Shown here: positions 25,431 through 37,770 of the stretch, piece by piece | How the letters are laid out: each line of letters opens with the position of its first letter | How positions within the stretch are numbered: the first letter of the stretch is position 1 | Origin: Camelus ferus | Lineage: Eukaryota | DNA length: 64,000 bases | Direction of reading: 5' to 3' | Assembly (NCBI RefSeq): GCF_009834535.1 | Contig: NC_045697.1 | Coordinates: 73,534,001 to 73,598,000, forward strand | Position numbers and translations under genes: made by a program | Notes under the pieces: model-generated | Told to the model about the DNA's origin: nothing | What the model saw: the letters and a program-made list of their open reading frames with translations, nothing else | Databases searched by the model: none

Positions 25431-25729
25431 ACTAAAAAGAGCTGTGCCCTTGTAAACGTTTTTCTCAGAAGGAAATTCAGGGAGCAGAGGACCTCCACAA
25501 ATATCCTTCTGAAGCCCTAGCTAGGGGGTGTCCCTCAAGTACTATCCACATTCACAATGTTTGGACTGAGCAGAGGAGGCACGGATATCTGTCAGCAAAG
25601 CACTCTTTATGCTTGGGGTTTCTAATCTAAAAAACAACCTGGGTGATGAAATTGAAACCAATGTTTCTCATTTTAGAAGAGGTTTTGAATACTAAGTGCT
25701 AAAACAAATAAACATACACCTTTGGTAAA

Positions 25730-25925
25730 CTGTCAATAATCCAGAGCTTCTTACCTGTTGATTTATTAGTTTAGTTCTTGGCTCTGTTTAATGAACTCAT
25801 GTGGTAAGTTATATTATTTTCCTCAGTTTATTGATGATGAAACTTAAATGCAGAGATGTGGTTTACCTTCCAGGGTCCCCAGTTAGGAAGTAATGTAGCA
25901 AAGCCTTGAATCCAGGTGATCTTAA
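25730..25925 (-). mobile_element. MIR fragment
   Basis: 'tattattttcctcagttta..gatga.gaaact..gcagaga..ttgaatccagg'. Confidence 0.65.
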
Positions 25926-26449
25926 ACCCCTGTCCCATGAGGCCCTTGTCTTTGTTTCCATAGATGTTTGAGAGTGGCTTCTAAAAAGGTTTAACAAAGA
26001 GGGTTGTCTGTTAAAAAAAAAAATCTAATAACAAAGAGACAATTTGGGGGTTGATAGTGGAATTTAGAGTTGGTTAAGGAAAACTTATATAAAGGTAAAG
26101 CAAAAATACTAAGTTAGGAAATTTGGTTTTACCAATTTTTTTCTACTTTTATTTAAAAAATAAGACTATGCCAATAGGGTAGGGTTAGGAATTTCTGTGA
26201 GATTAAAAGTGAAATTGCTACTACTGTGTTTTCCATATGCCCTTGCCTAGACAAAACAAACGCACACACGACAACAACCACAAAACCCCAAAGGTTACCC
26301 TGAAGGCCCCAATGCTGACGTGTAGAAACTCGACGCCCAAAGCATTAAGGAGATGGAATGGAGTGAGGGCTGTGGGGTGAATGGCTCATAGAAACGCCAC
26401 CCACCACATTGCCAGAGAAAACTTGTGTTTCTTCAAAGCCACAGGACTA

Positions 26450-26656
26450 TGGTTGACCCCTGAACAACTCAGGGATTCAGAGACTGGCCATCCACTCAGT
26501 TGAAAGTCCACATGTAACTTATAGTCAGCCCTCCATATCCAAGATTCCAACTCAATCAGCTACCGATCATGTAGTACTACAGTATTTACTACTGAAAAAT
26601 CTCCACATCTGAGTGGACTAGTACAGTTCAAAGCTGTGCTGTTCAAGGGTCAACTA
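26450..26656. mobile_element. TcMar-Tigger MITE (Tigger4/Zombi-like ends)
   Basis: Terminal inverted repeats gttgacccctgaaca / tgttcaagggtcaac, with TA immediately to the left. Confidence 0.85.
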
Positions 26657-26989
26657 GACTTAAATTTGACTTAAGACATTTAAATGAAGCAATTGCTTGG
26701 CTGAGACGTCCCAAAGTCTGTGACATAGTCTCCATGATACAACTTTTCCCCATGTTTGATGAGTTTTATAAATGAAGCATAAATAATGCACAAATAATGC
26801 TTAATTCATCAGAAGTCTCATAGGATTTCACATGTCAAATTTTAAAAATATTAAATGATAGGAAAAGAGTTGGTTAATATACTTCAACTAAATAGTTGTA
26901 TTTTATATTTTTTCTTTATAACATCATCAATATCCTGGGCTTTTCTTCACTATAAGAATGCATTTGTTAATTTATCTTCTCACTAATTT

Positions 26990-27150
26990 GACAGCTCTTT
27001 AATGAACACCTACTTTGTCCCAGGCAGTAAGCCAGGTTCTGAAAATTCAGATATGACCACTACCCACTCCCTGTCCTGTGCTCATTTCAGGGTCATTTCA
27101 AGGTCATTTAAGGGTGGTGCAGCAAAGTCAGCCATCAGGCGAATGAAACA
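26990..27150 (-). mobile_element. L2 3'-end fragment
   Basis: 'ttaatgaacacctactttgtcccaggca..ccctgtcct'. Confidence 0.6.
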
Positions 27151-27159
27151 GGATATGTA

Positions 27160-27875
27160 ATTAGAACATTGCATGGTGCTCTACCAGTCGCCTCAGGAGG
27201 GGATTAGCAAGAGTTGGTGCCTTTCCTTTAGTCTAAGAAGTAACAGGGCTTAAATCAGCATGCTGGTACCACAGCTAAGAAGACTAGCAACAGGACAGAG
27301 ATACACAGGCATCTAGAGGCTGGGGAGTGGGGGCTCATCAGGAAGGAGCTGGGGAGGGGTCAGAAGAAGTCAAGCCAGAGTAGGTCTTCACACTGGGAAG
27401 TTATAATGAGGAGGTTCTTGAAGAGTCCACACGTGAACCCCAAAGAAGTGCAATCATTTGGACACTTGGCCCACAGATGGTGTCTATGACAAAGATGAAG
27501 ACTTCTGGGAAGAGCAATGACTGACAGTGGTCATTAAAGAAACAGAACTAACACCCTCTGTGTCAGATCCTCCCTTCAACACAAAAGCAAATGGTAAGAG
27601 GAGTTAAGTAGTAGATAAACTCCACTCCTGACTCAAGTCATTAGTCAAACCTGGGCTGGAGAGAAGGGAGTGTTACACTGGATACAAGGTTATAATTTTA
27701 AATTTGACTGGACTGATCCTTTGTATAATATATGAAAATGATCAGATAGCCATGGGATTTTCCTGAGATGACACTGGATGGGAAAGCCATTTGAAAGTGG
27801 TCTTTGAGAAATAATGAAACTCTATCTTCTTTCTAACTCCAGTTTGAGTAGTTAGGACTATTCAAAACAATAGCT
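27160..27875 (+). mobile_element. Ancient LTR, possibly LTR78-like
   Basis: Degenerate resemblance ('gggctggagagaaggga..gactggact..gccatggga..cctgagatg.cact'); subfamily uncertain. Confidence 0.4.
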
Positions 27876-29012
27876 GTATGTGCTGTTATTAAGACAGAGA
27901 TGTAAACAAGGATATGGTGAGAGCACGTAAAAGGGACAACTAACAATATTGAGATGCCACCGGAGGCTCAGAAATGTTTATAGTTATGAGCAGACTGTCA
28001 CCTCTGTTAACCTCTCGAAGCTTCTCTTTTTTTTTTGTAATGTTACCTACCAAAGTCATTGAGGCATGTTTATTTTGACCTTAACTCTAGACCACGGCTT
28101 TAAAAATAGCAAAGGCCTTGCTTTATACAATGCACAGTCTGATCCATTAATTTTTTTTTTAATAAGTGAACTCTACTTTAGACAGAGGTGATTTCATTCC
28201 TTTAACTGGCTGACTCACCTTAAAACATGGTGAGGATGGAGACGTGTGTTCTCAGGTTGTAAAGAGAAACATGAGTGTCTAATGGAAGCACAGATTTCAA
28301 AAAACATCTCTTTTGGGTTACTTGTAAGGGAAGAAAGCAGAACAAGAGAACAAATACAAACCATTCTGAAGGACACCAGAGCCAGGACCCCAACTGATTT
28401 ACTGTGCAGATGCTGAAGTCTCATTCACATTAAGATGGAAACTGGTACTGAGACCAGGGATGCTAATATAGCCTCATGTGCACCCACCACCAGCTGTGAA
28501 GAGCTGTTCACACCTCCACTCTCACCCACCCCACCCCAGCGCATTGCAGAACGTGCTTTAAGGAGAGGTCCGGAACTGAAACAAAAGAACTTTCCTTTTT
28601 TAGAGTCTTGTGCCTGATTTTTATTTTCAGCCCTTTTTTGTCTCGTACCATGTGTACTGTGACTGTAAGAAATGAAATGCAAACCCTCTGCAACTAGAGT
28701 GACTTAATAGATTCTCAAACCAAAAGCAGCCATTTTAGTCAGGAAGCTTTTAACATGCCTTTCACTGACAATCTTTTATTTTCGTATAATTAGGAGATTT
28801 CAAAACCTGGAAATCATGAATGGTTTTTGCTCATATGTATGCTCGTACATACAGTGTTCACCATGCATCTTGTGCTATTTTGTGCAATGAAACAAAAAGT
28901 ACTCTTTTGCAGTTTAGAGTTAATTATTTTCGTCTTTACTTGTTGCAAAGCCTGGCCCAAGTTGTACACTGAATGTTCAAAAGTAACTTTATGCTACAAT
29001 TATTTAAATTAA

Positions 29013-29144
29013 GGGGGGTTATAGTTCAATGGTAGAGCTTATGCTTAGCATGCATGAGGTCCTGGGTTTAATCCCCAGTACCTCTGTTAAAATAAATATA
29101 TAAATAAATAAACCTAATTACCTCCCCCCTCAAAAAAAAAAAAA
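29013..29144 (+). mobile_element. Camelid tRNA-Ala-derived SINE (vic-1 type)
   Basis: Homologous to 11776-11911: 'ggtagag..gcttagcatgcatgaggtcctgggtt.aatccccagtacctc..cctaattacctccccc' plus poly-A. Confidence 0.9.
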
Positions 29145-29812
29145 GAAACTAAGACTTTTCAAGGGGGAATAATAAAATCATCTAGTTTCACAAACTGAAA
29201 CATATTCCACCAATAAAATGCTGTTATGTTTTTCAGCATCTCCTAAATTATTACTTGTAATTTAGGAAATGGCTATCATTTAGCACTTGGTTATATGGAC
29301 TACTAGCAATGGTTTTTCTTCAACACAGATAATTAAAATTTAGTATAAATTAGATTATATAATCATATAGTCTCTTTCTCCAAAATTATTATAGTTAAAC
29401 AGTATAATTTAAATGCACAATGTAAATAATATAAAAATATCTGAAAAATAATATAAAGAAAGTATATGTAAGATACAAGCAAGGTACATTTTCGTATCAT
29501 GACCGTTATCAGATTTATTAAGTGAAAACAAACTCTGGTTTTAAAGTTTGCACACCTACAGTCATATAAGCCTTTAAGTCTCTCATATTCTTGCTCTTAG
29601 GTTTTGTTTTGCTTTGATTTTATTGGCAAAAAATTTTTAAAAAATTTTTTAAATATGGTGATTCTTGCATCTCTATTTATAAGTCTGGAAAAAAATGACT
29701 CAATTGACTTAATATGTTAAGTTTAATCACTAAACCAATAAACATTAAGAGAAAATGACTTCAATAATAATGATCAACAACAACAACAAAACTCACATTT
29801 GATGTAGTTTTG

Positions 29813-30730
29813 CACTTTGGAAAGTAGATTGGCATTTCCTTGAAAGTTAAACATATATTTACAACATGACCCAGTGAATCTACACCCAGCTACCTGCCCC
29901 ATCCCCCCAGGTAAAGGTATATGTCCAATAGGAAACAAACTATGGTTACCAAAGGGGAAGGGGTGGGGTGGGAGATAAATTAGGAGTTTGGGATTAACAG
30001 ATACACACTACTATATATAAAATAGATAAACAAGGACCTACTGTATAGCACAGGGAACTATATTCAATTTCTTGTAATAACAGATAATGGAAAATAATCT
30101 GAAAAAATATATTTATATATGTATATGTATAACTGAATCTCTTTGCTGCACACCTGAAACTAACATTGTAAATCAACTGCACTTCAATAAAAAACAAAAA
30201 TAAAGAAAGAAATAAAGAAAAGAATTTTTAAAAGTGCATGTCCACACGAAGACTTAATGTGAATGCTCATAGCAGCATTATTCAAAATTAAAAAAACAAT
30301 AGAGACAATTTAAATGTCCATCAACAGGTGAATGGCAAAACAAACAGTGGTATATCCCCTTGACAGAATACTACTTAACAATGGAAATGGAATGAATTAG
30401 TAGATCCATGCAACATGAAACTTTAGAAACATCACACTAAGTGAAAGAAATTCTACACAAAGGACTCCATATAGTATGATTATATTTATATGGAATTTCC
30501 AGAAATAGCAAAACCATAGAGACAGAGATCAGATCAATGTTTACCTGGGGCTGGTGACAGAAGTGAGAATTGGCTAAAATGGGCATTGAGGAATTTTGAG
30601 GATGATGAGAATGTTGTAAAACTAGATTGTGTTGCTGATTGAACAACTAAATTTGATAAAACTCCATCAAAGTGTACACATAAAATCAGTGGATTCTAAG
30701 ATAAATTACATAGATAGAGAGCTTTTTAAA
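29813..30730 (+). mobile_element. Old L1 3' end (L1MB-like), interrupted by a younger L1
   Basis: 'cactttggaaa..catgacccag' continues after 30244 with 'atagcagcattattca..aaatgtccatcaacaggtgaatgg..ctaagtgaaagaa'. Confidence 0.85.
29928..30229 (+). mobile_element. Cetartiodactyl-type L1 3'UTR
   Basis: 'ttaacagatacacactactatatataaaatagataaacaaggacctactgtatagcacagggaactatattcaa', then AATAAA and an A-rich tail. Diverged 15-bp TSD (29913-29927, 30230-30244; 3 mismatches). Confidence 0.92.
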
Positions 30731-30887
30731 ATCTAGGCTTGTTCTGTTCTCCTTCTGCTAATACTTCATACGTTTCTCTACATTTTATTCATGATCAGAG
30801 TAGAACATTTTTCATTCTGTGATCCTCTACTGAAAACTCACCCAAATATAGCAGCTCTTCACATCTCCCTCCTTCTGTCTGCCTGGC

Positions 30888-30995
30888 TTATTCATTCACT
30901 CAGTCATTCAATTATTCAACAAAACTATATTGAGCATCTACCAAGTATCAAGCCTTGCTCTAGGTGCTGAAAATGCAAGATGAATAAGTCATCTC
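30888..30995 (-). mobile_element. L2 3' end
   Basis: 'ttcattcactca.tcattcaa..ttcaacaaa..attgagcatctac..ctaggtgctg..atgaataag'. Confidence 0.8.
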
Positions 30996-31514
30996 TGAAT
31001 GCTCCCTTTTCTTCTCATTACAAACTCTGTCTTCATTTTAGAGCCACTCTTCCCCCATCTTCCATATTTATACTTACTATCCCATTTCGGTCAGTGAGTT
31101 GCAAGTCAGTTCAGTGCTTTGCAGATGTGCTACTTCACTTGAAGCGTCGATCCTTTGTAATTTAATGAATATATCTTTAAAACACTTAGCCAACTCAAAA
31201 TTAATTCGTCTATTAAAGTATTTATTCAGTCGTTTCTTCCCCAAAACACACCTGGCAACACCAATGACTTGGGACAAAGGACTTTTATGTTACTCAGCAA
31301 TATTAACCTTACTCTCCCCATCGGTGACAGCTAAGGCAGTTCTGGAATTGTGTAAAGGTTATTCTTCACCCTGAAGAAGAGACTTCCAAGCCTGCTTTAG
31401 AGCTGTCCCTACATCCAAAACTGGCCTTCGGACTGGCGTCCATTGTCCAAACTAAGTGTGATGGACCTAAACAGTGTCCAGAAACTATTTCTGACAGTCT
31501 TATTTCCCAGGGTC

Positions 31515-31900
31515 ATCCATTCACTCTTCTTACAAAAATGTCCATCTTGTAACTCTTGTGCACCAAATGTCATGCTATACTTGGGTGTGCAAGATGAATA
31601 AGGCCTAGAGTTTGCCCTCAAAGTGCTTACAGTATGGGAGACAAGCAAAATGACAAGACCGATAAGAACAAAACAATGAAAGAGAATAGAAACTATATAT
31701 TCAGTGTTATATACGTATAGCTTTTCCTGAAGGTGAGTGATATTGAGCTGATTTTCAAAAATTAAGTAGGAGGTCTGAGAGATATACTAAGAGTAAAATG
31801 GTAAGGCATTCAAGCTAAAGGAACAATGTATGTAAAAGTCACGTTCAGGGAATTATACATAACACAGACAGATGCAGTGCATGGTGTAACTGGGGAAGTC
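31515..31900 (-). mobile_element. L2 fragment (probably continues at ~32850-33050)
   Basis: 'tcatccattcactc..gatgaataag..tgccctcaaagtgcttacagt.tgggagac'. Confidence 0.65.
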
Positions 31901-31965
31901 ACTTGACAAAACTGAACATTTATTTCCTCAAGAGTTGAATAATGAAAGAATTTATATACTAGTCA

Positions 31966-32843
31966 TGATATTGTGATTTATAAGAAATATGTATTTGGTC
32001 ATTCAGGTGACCCATGTATATTTTCATACATATTTGGTCTTCATTCACAGTTCCTGGCTCACAGCTCCCAAAACCCTTGGAATTGCCTGTGTTGAGAATG
32101 AAAAAGGTGTCTTTTGTTATGTTAATAAGATGACTTTTGGAAAGCAACTAAGGGTGGGGGCTAGGTGTCAGGAGAACCAACTGTGTGATTAGAGGGTTGG
32201 AACTTTCAGTTTCACCCCCTGATTTCCAGGGAGGGGAACGGGACTTGAGGTTGCATCAATTGACACTGGCCAACGAGCTGACCAATCATGACTATGTAAT
32301 GAAGCCTCCATAAAAACCTCTCTGCAAAAAGCCTTTTTGGTCCTTTTTTGGAGAGCATCCCTGTTGGGGAACCAGAACACTTCCACATGCCACCGAGTCA
32401 AGCTGGGTCCCACGCCCAGGAGGACAGAAGCTGCTTTGTTCAGGTCCTCACCAGGTGTATCCCTTTATCTGGCTCTTGATTTGTATCCTTTAATACTCTT
32501 TCATTAAAAATTGATAATCTAGTGGTTAAAGGGGTTTTCCTGAATTCCGTGAGCCATTCTAGCCAATTAATTGAACCCAAGGAGGGGGTCATGGGGACCT
32601 CTAATTTATAGCCAGTTTGTCAGAAGTGCAGGAAATAACTTGGGCCTGTGATTGGCATCTGAGTGGAGGGTGGTCTTGTGGGACTGAACCCTTCACCTGT
32701 GGAATCTGATTCTATCTCTGGGTAGATAGTATCAGAACTGAGTTGAATCCTTGGATTCACTCTGTTGGTATCCAGGGATCTGTGTGGGTAAGACTACACA
32801 CACATATACGCACATTGGAATTGGGTCTAGGAACACTTTTTCA
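31966..32843 (+). mobile_element. MER21-like solo LTR
   Basis: Begins 'tgatattgtgatttataagaaatatgtatttggtc' and contains 'cagctcccaaaacccttggaatt', 'gtgattagagggttggaactttcag' and 'tggcatctgagtgg'. ACTAGTCA is repeated at 31958-31965 and 32843-32850. Confidence 0.88.
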
Positions 32844-35699
32844 CTAGTCAAGAAATTATACTTTGTCTGATATATAATGGGTGTCCATTGAAGGGTTTAA
32901 GTAGACAAATAACAAGAGATAGACCAATTTTATGACAGTATGGGGGGATGGATGATGACTGGTTTGAAAGTTTAAGATGGTAAAGGAGAAGAAGGGATGT
33001 GGGATGATTTCTCCATTTCCCTGGCTTTCACAGAACTGATCGTGACTTAGTGGGTAAGAAGAAATTCTGGTGCCTCTTACACTTGCAAAGTAAGTGTCCC
33101 TTAGATTTTTCATTAGATGATGCCTATATGATAAATATTAGTATGCCAGCCTTCAGAATCCAGATTAGCAATTCAAATCTATTTTCTCTGTGCATAGATT
33201 TTATTTTCCTTTTCTGACCTCATTCATGCTTAACAACATGACCTTCTCCAGTCTTCTATAATATCATTTGTGGGAAAAATCACTTGGTGACCAACGCTGC
33301 TATAAACACAAACACAAAGACCGTATCAATGCAATTAATTAAAATAATCCTCTCCCCAATATTTAACCAATTTTTTCAATACTCTGGCCCTTTTTTACAT
33401 GAAAATAAATATTAACTTAATAAAATTTAAAGCATTTTTAATTTAAATATTCATCTTCTAAGCTTTCATTTATGTGAACTCTGCTACCTCTCCATCAATA
33501 CCAGCATTCTGAGGAGTGAGGAAGAAACCTTTGGACGAAAGGATGTGTACTCCAAAAAAAAAAAAAAGAAAGAAAAAGGCACAGGAGGAGCAAAAGGCAC
33601 TGATGCAGGCAACACCATTCCTCCCATGTAAACATCAGGCTTTACCTGGTTGAGTTTGAATGCTTGTTGTTACCCAGTTATTTAATGACAAAAGTGGAGA
33701 TGATTATGTTGATTTGAGAAATATTGTGGCATACAAAAATAATTCTCTTGGAGTTACTTATAATAAATCTTTCACCTTCTTATTGTTCAAAGACTGTTTT
33801 TTTTCTTTTACCTGAAATTGCTCCTATCTCATCTCTTAGTGCTAGTCCTTTGTAGTGTGCACACACTGTAGAACTATCATTTGCACACACTGATGTTTTC
33901 ATTTCACATGGTACACAGCCCTTTGACCCCATCTTTAAACCTGGTCAGGAGCACATAAGTCAAGCGATAGAAGCATTCTTATTCAAGGTCATTGATCAAA
34001 GTAAAAGTCTTACATAAATCAGTCTCAGAGAAATAAAAAAAAACTGTGAAATTTGGTGTCATCTGTGAAAATTGTCTGTTTGGTTGAATCTGTATGGAAA
34101 TATCTTAAATTTAGGTTCTAGAATGATGTTTTGCTTCCATCAGCTTTAACGCACCTGAAGGTGTGGGTCCTGGGAACGATTTCCATGAATAGAAAGACTT
34201 TAGTATTTGTGGCTGTGACCAACCACTTCATTTAAAAACAGTTCTGACATGTTATGTTCAAAATATGTCTTAATGTAAGAAGGAAAAAGTTTGCTCGTGC
34301 GCAGAACTCAGATTTAAAATTGGGAGCAGGGGTGAATGAAACCAAGCTTGCTTAAAATCACACAGGAAATATAATATCAGAGTTGTATTTTCCAAGTAAT
34401 GCTTATTAGCAATCATTAAGAAGGAAAAAAAGAAGTGAGAGAAGAGATTTTTTTTAAAAAGATAAATAGTAGGAAATTTTCTCTTCATCAGCAATAATAT
34501 TGTGAAAGTAATCATCTTTTAAACGGAGGTAAGTTATCATGGGCTCTTTGACAACTAGGGAACAAAGATGGTACCTTGTCAATATATTTCTATTCTGAGA
34601 TGGAAATCAGAAAGATAAGAATGTAAGGTGATTTAGAAACACAGCAGGTGTACAGAAGCCTTGAGATGAGCTGCCCTTTCACAAGTACTAACTGGATAGA
34701 AAGACCCAGGTAAGAGGTCAGTGGCTTTTCTCTAATAAGGAGCTGAAAAGAATAATGAGGTGATGCCTGAAGCAAAAGCTGCAGGAGCCAGGCTCTGCGT
34801 GTCACAGAAATATTAGCATTTGTGAGCAGAGCAGCGAGTAGGTTCAAGGCAATGCAAAGAAGGACAATAGATCAACATTTCGGGTTTGACTGAGACAGAA
34901 ATTAAAAATAGATTAAAAACACACTTGTGTATAGGTATTGGTATTTCTTTCAGTCTTGCCGCCTATATCTAAGAAATGAGCTCTTAAGTGTAATTGGCAA
35001 GGTAGAAATTATATTCCTGTCATCTAAATGAGAATGAAAATAATAGTGAAAGATGATATCAAAATATATGTTTCATATATATGTATGTATATGTGTGTGT
35101 GTGTGTTTTAAAGAACTCACCATCTAGCCTGGAAGTGTGACCTTTTTTTCATTTATCTCAAGTAATCGCATTATGAAAACAATAACTCATTCAGTCTGAG
35201 TTCTGTAATCTATAGCCGATCCTGTCTACTGGGATCAGCTACCTACACTGTAGGAACAGTGCCCTTAGAAGGAACTGATCAGCCTAAACTGAAAACACCC
35301 TATTTTTGTAATGGCATTTACAAAACGACTGTCATTTCTGACAGTTAGAATTAGGTTTTGAAAGTTTTAATACTGGTACACAACGGTTTAAAAAGAGAGG
35401 CCAGGTGGGAAGAGTCTCTGTTAACTAGGGGGAAAAGTCATCCTGATAAATGTTCTTAATGTTAGTTATCAAATTGGAAGTGACCTCCAGCCAGACAACA
35501 CACAGTCGGAGGCAGCAAGCTGCAGTTCAGATCTTCCCTGTGTCCTATGGTAACAAGGTCTGTTTAGAGGAACTGCGTGCCCTCCAGCGTGTCTTAATCT
35601 ACAAGTACTCCCCAAGGACTAAATTTGACCCGGGAACTTCTAGAACACATGTGGTTAGTAAGGTAAGTACATCATTCAAGGTGAGCAGTCCTTTCTGTC

Positions 35700-36202
35700 C
35701 ATGATAGCATTCGGCATACAACTTCTGGCTAAAAGAATCATTTCTAAAAACTCCGAGGCTACTTTTTCCCTCTCAGCAAACCCTCTTCCCCGTTCGCATT
35801 GGGCTTGACGATGTTCCATATCCACTTCCTTCTGGAACCTTAGGCTACAGCACGGCCACCCGCTATGCTGGAACCCTGTAAGGGGGAGGGAGTTAATGTT
35901 GAACAGGACGCAGAAGAACCCGGAAGATAAACTCCTCTTCCTCCCTCCCTCTCGCAGACTGTACCAGAAACCATGGTCCCACATGGTTCCCCAGAGCCAT
36001 CCGGAAAGACTTAGCTAAATGTCTGTGTTTTTTCCTGAAGCTGTGGCCACTTCAATAACACAACAGGTTCCATGTGCTTTCCCTTTGTTTCTTCCTCACT
36101 TCCCTTTTCCCTTCATTCCCACCGTCCCTGACTTGTACTCTGCAGTAAAGCATTAGCATAGAAATTTCACCTCAGATTCATTCTGTTGTTTAGGGCTAAG
36201 CA
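35700..36202 (+). mobile_element. Old ERVL-class LTR (LTR16/LTR79-like)
   Basis: 'gggagttaatg', a pyrimidine-rich stretch, then a terminus like 'taaagcattagca..cctcag..ggctaag'. Confidence 0.55.
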
Positions 36203-36599
36203 AGGATGCCTGGTAGATTTCATTATTTTGACTGAATGCTGTCATGAGCAGAAATCCTTGGCCCATGAGACTATCTAGTCAAAAGTATTTAACTCATTTA
36301 CAATACTATGGATCAAGTATCATCTCTATTCTTTCCCAGAAACACAAAAGGAGAAAAGCACAAACACAAGGTTTTCAGTGGTGGATTTACAGATGGTACA
36401 GATGCTGCCCTGAATTTATCTTCAGGAAAGGACAAGAAGATTTCAACATACCTTGATTTAGGAAAATAGTCCTTGCCTATTAATTCTTCACATTCATTGT
36501 GAGATGGGGAAAGAAGTTCTTACACCGTGGTCCTGGAAGTATTAGGCCCCATAAGAGACTTTCCTGAAGGTCTCCTTTAATACTTCTACACATCAATTC

Positions 36600-37000
36600 T
36601 GGATACATCAAAGCTCTCCAGAAACAACACTATAAAGCTCTCAGACTTCCATGTCTTCACACAGGCTGTTCATTCCTCCTGGATGTCCTACACACAGACA
36701 CACACACACACCCCCATACACACACCTTCTACCTTGAATACTGATGATTCAGATAAAGACCTTTCTTGTGATGTCCCCAACTGTCCCTCCTTCTCATCAC
36801 AAAATTAAGTGTTTCTGCCTCCACGCCTACCTATTTATACTTCTATTCTAACACCTTGCTTATAGACAGCACCTCTCCATCCACTGGCCTTTTTAATCAT
36901 AGTGGGAATTCCCTAAATTTTCAGATTGGGTTGCTTTTATTTTTCTATCCTCAATATGTCTCATGACCCCTCAGATGGGATAAGGACCTAGTGAAAAGGA
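36600..37000 (+). mobile_element. L2 3' fragment
   Basis: 'cacacaggctgttc..ctggatgtcct' and other L2-like pyrimidine text. Confidence 0.5.
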
Positions 37001-37475
37001 AGCAAGGGAAAGGTGATGAGGTGAACAAGGACAAAGAGGAGAGAAGAACACGGATGTACATGACCCGCTTCCTGCCACTCTTCCTTTCCCTCAGATTTTG
37101 GATTTGAAGAAGAGAGTCCAAAGTTAAAATAAGGCTACAGATTTTTGAAAGTTCTAGAAAACATCACAATATTTCATGCACTGGACCACAAAATATTTTA
37201 AGTCAGTCCTCTGGAGATTTTTTTTTTTCTGATTGAAACATGCTTTCAATAGTACAATAAAAATCAGTAAAGAAAAGGTTGCTCTCCATAAATTTGTCTT
37301 GAAGGAAAGTGTTCTGAAACACCTTAGCTCTAGAAACTAACCAATATTTGTGTTTAAATCCCGAAGTTTGAGATGGGGGGTGGACACTATGAATTAGATT
37401 GGATCATTGTGTAACTTACAATAAGCCTGCTCATTTGGTGATAGAAGAGATAGAAACTTACAAATACAGTGTTTT

Positions 37476-37770
37476 CTTTTCTTTTTTTTCTGAAGTATAG
37501 TCAGTTTACAATGTTGTGTCAATTTCTGGTATACAGCATAATGTTTCAGTCATACATATACATATATATATATTCCTTTTCATATTCTTTTTCTATATAG
37601 GTTACTACAAAATATTGAATATAGTCCCTGTGCTATACAGAAGAAACTTGTTGTTTATCTATTTTATACATAGTAGTTAGCATCTGCAAATCTCAAACTC
37701 CCAATTTATCCCTTTCCACCCCCTTCCCCTCCTGGTAACCATAAGTTTATTTTCTATGTCTGTGAGTCTG
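37476..37770 (-). mobile_element. Cetartiodactyl-type L1 3'UTR
   Basis: Perfect 13-bp TSD aatacagtgtttt (37463-37475, 37771-37783); homologous to the L1s at 16972 and 29928. Confidence 0.95.

Noticed and set aside
28211..28225. Strong minus-strand donor AAG|gtgagt overlapping TGACTCA
   Set aside because: No unambiguous partner acceptor or recognisable reading frame.
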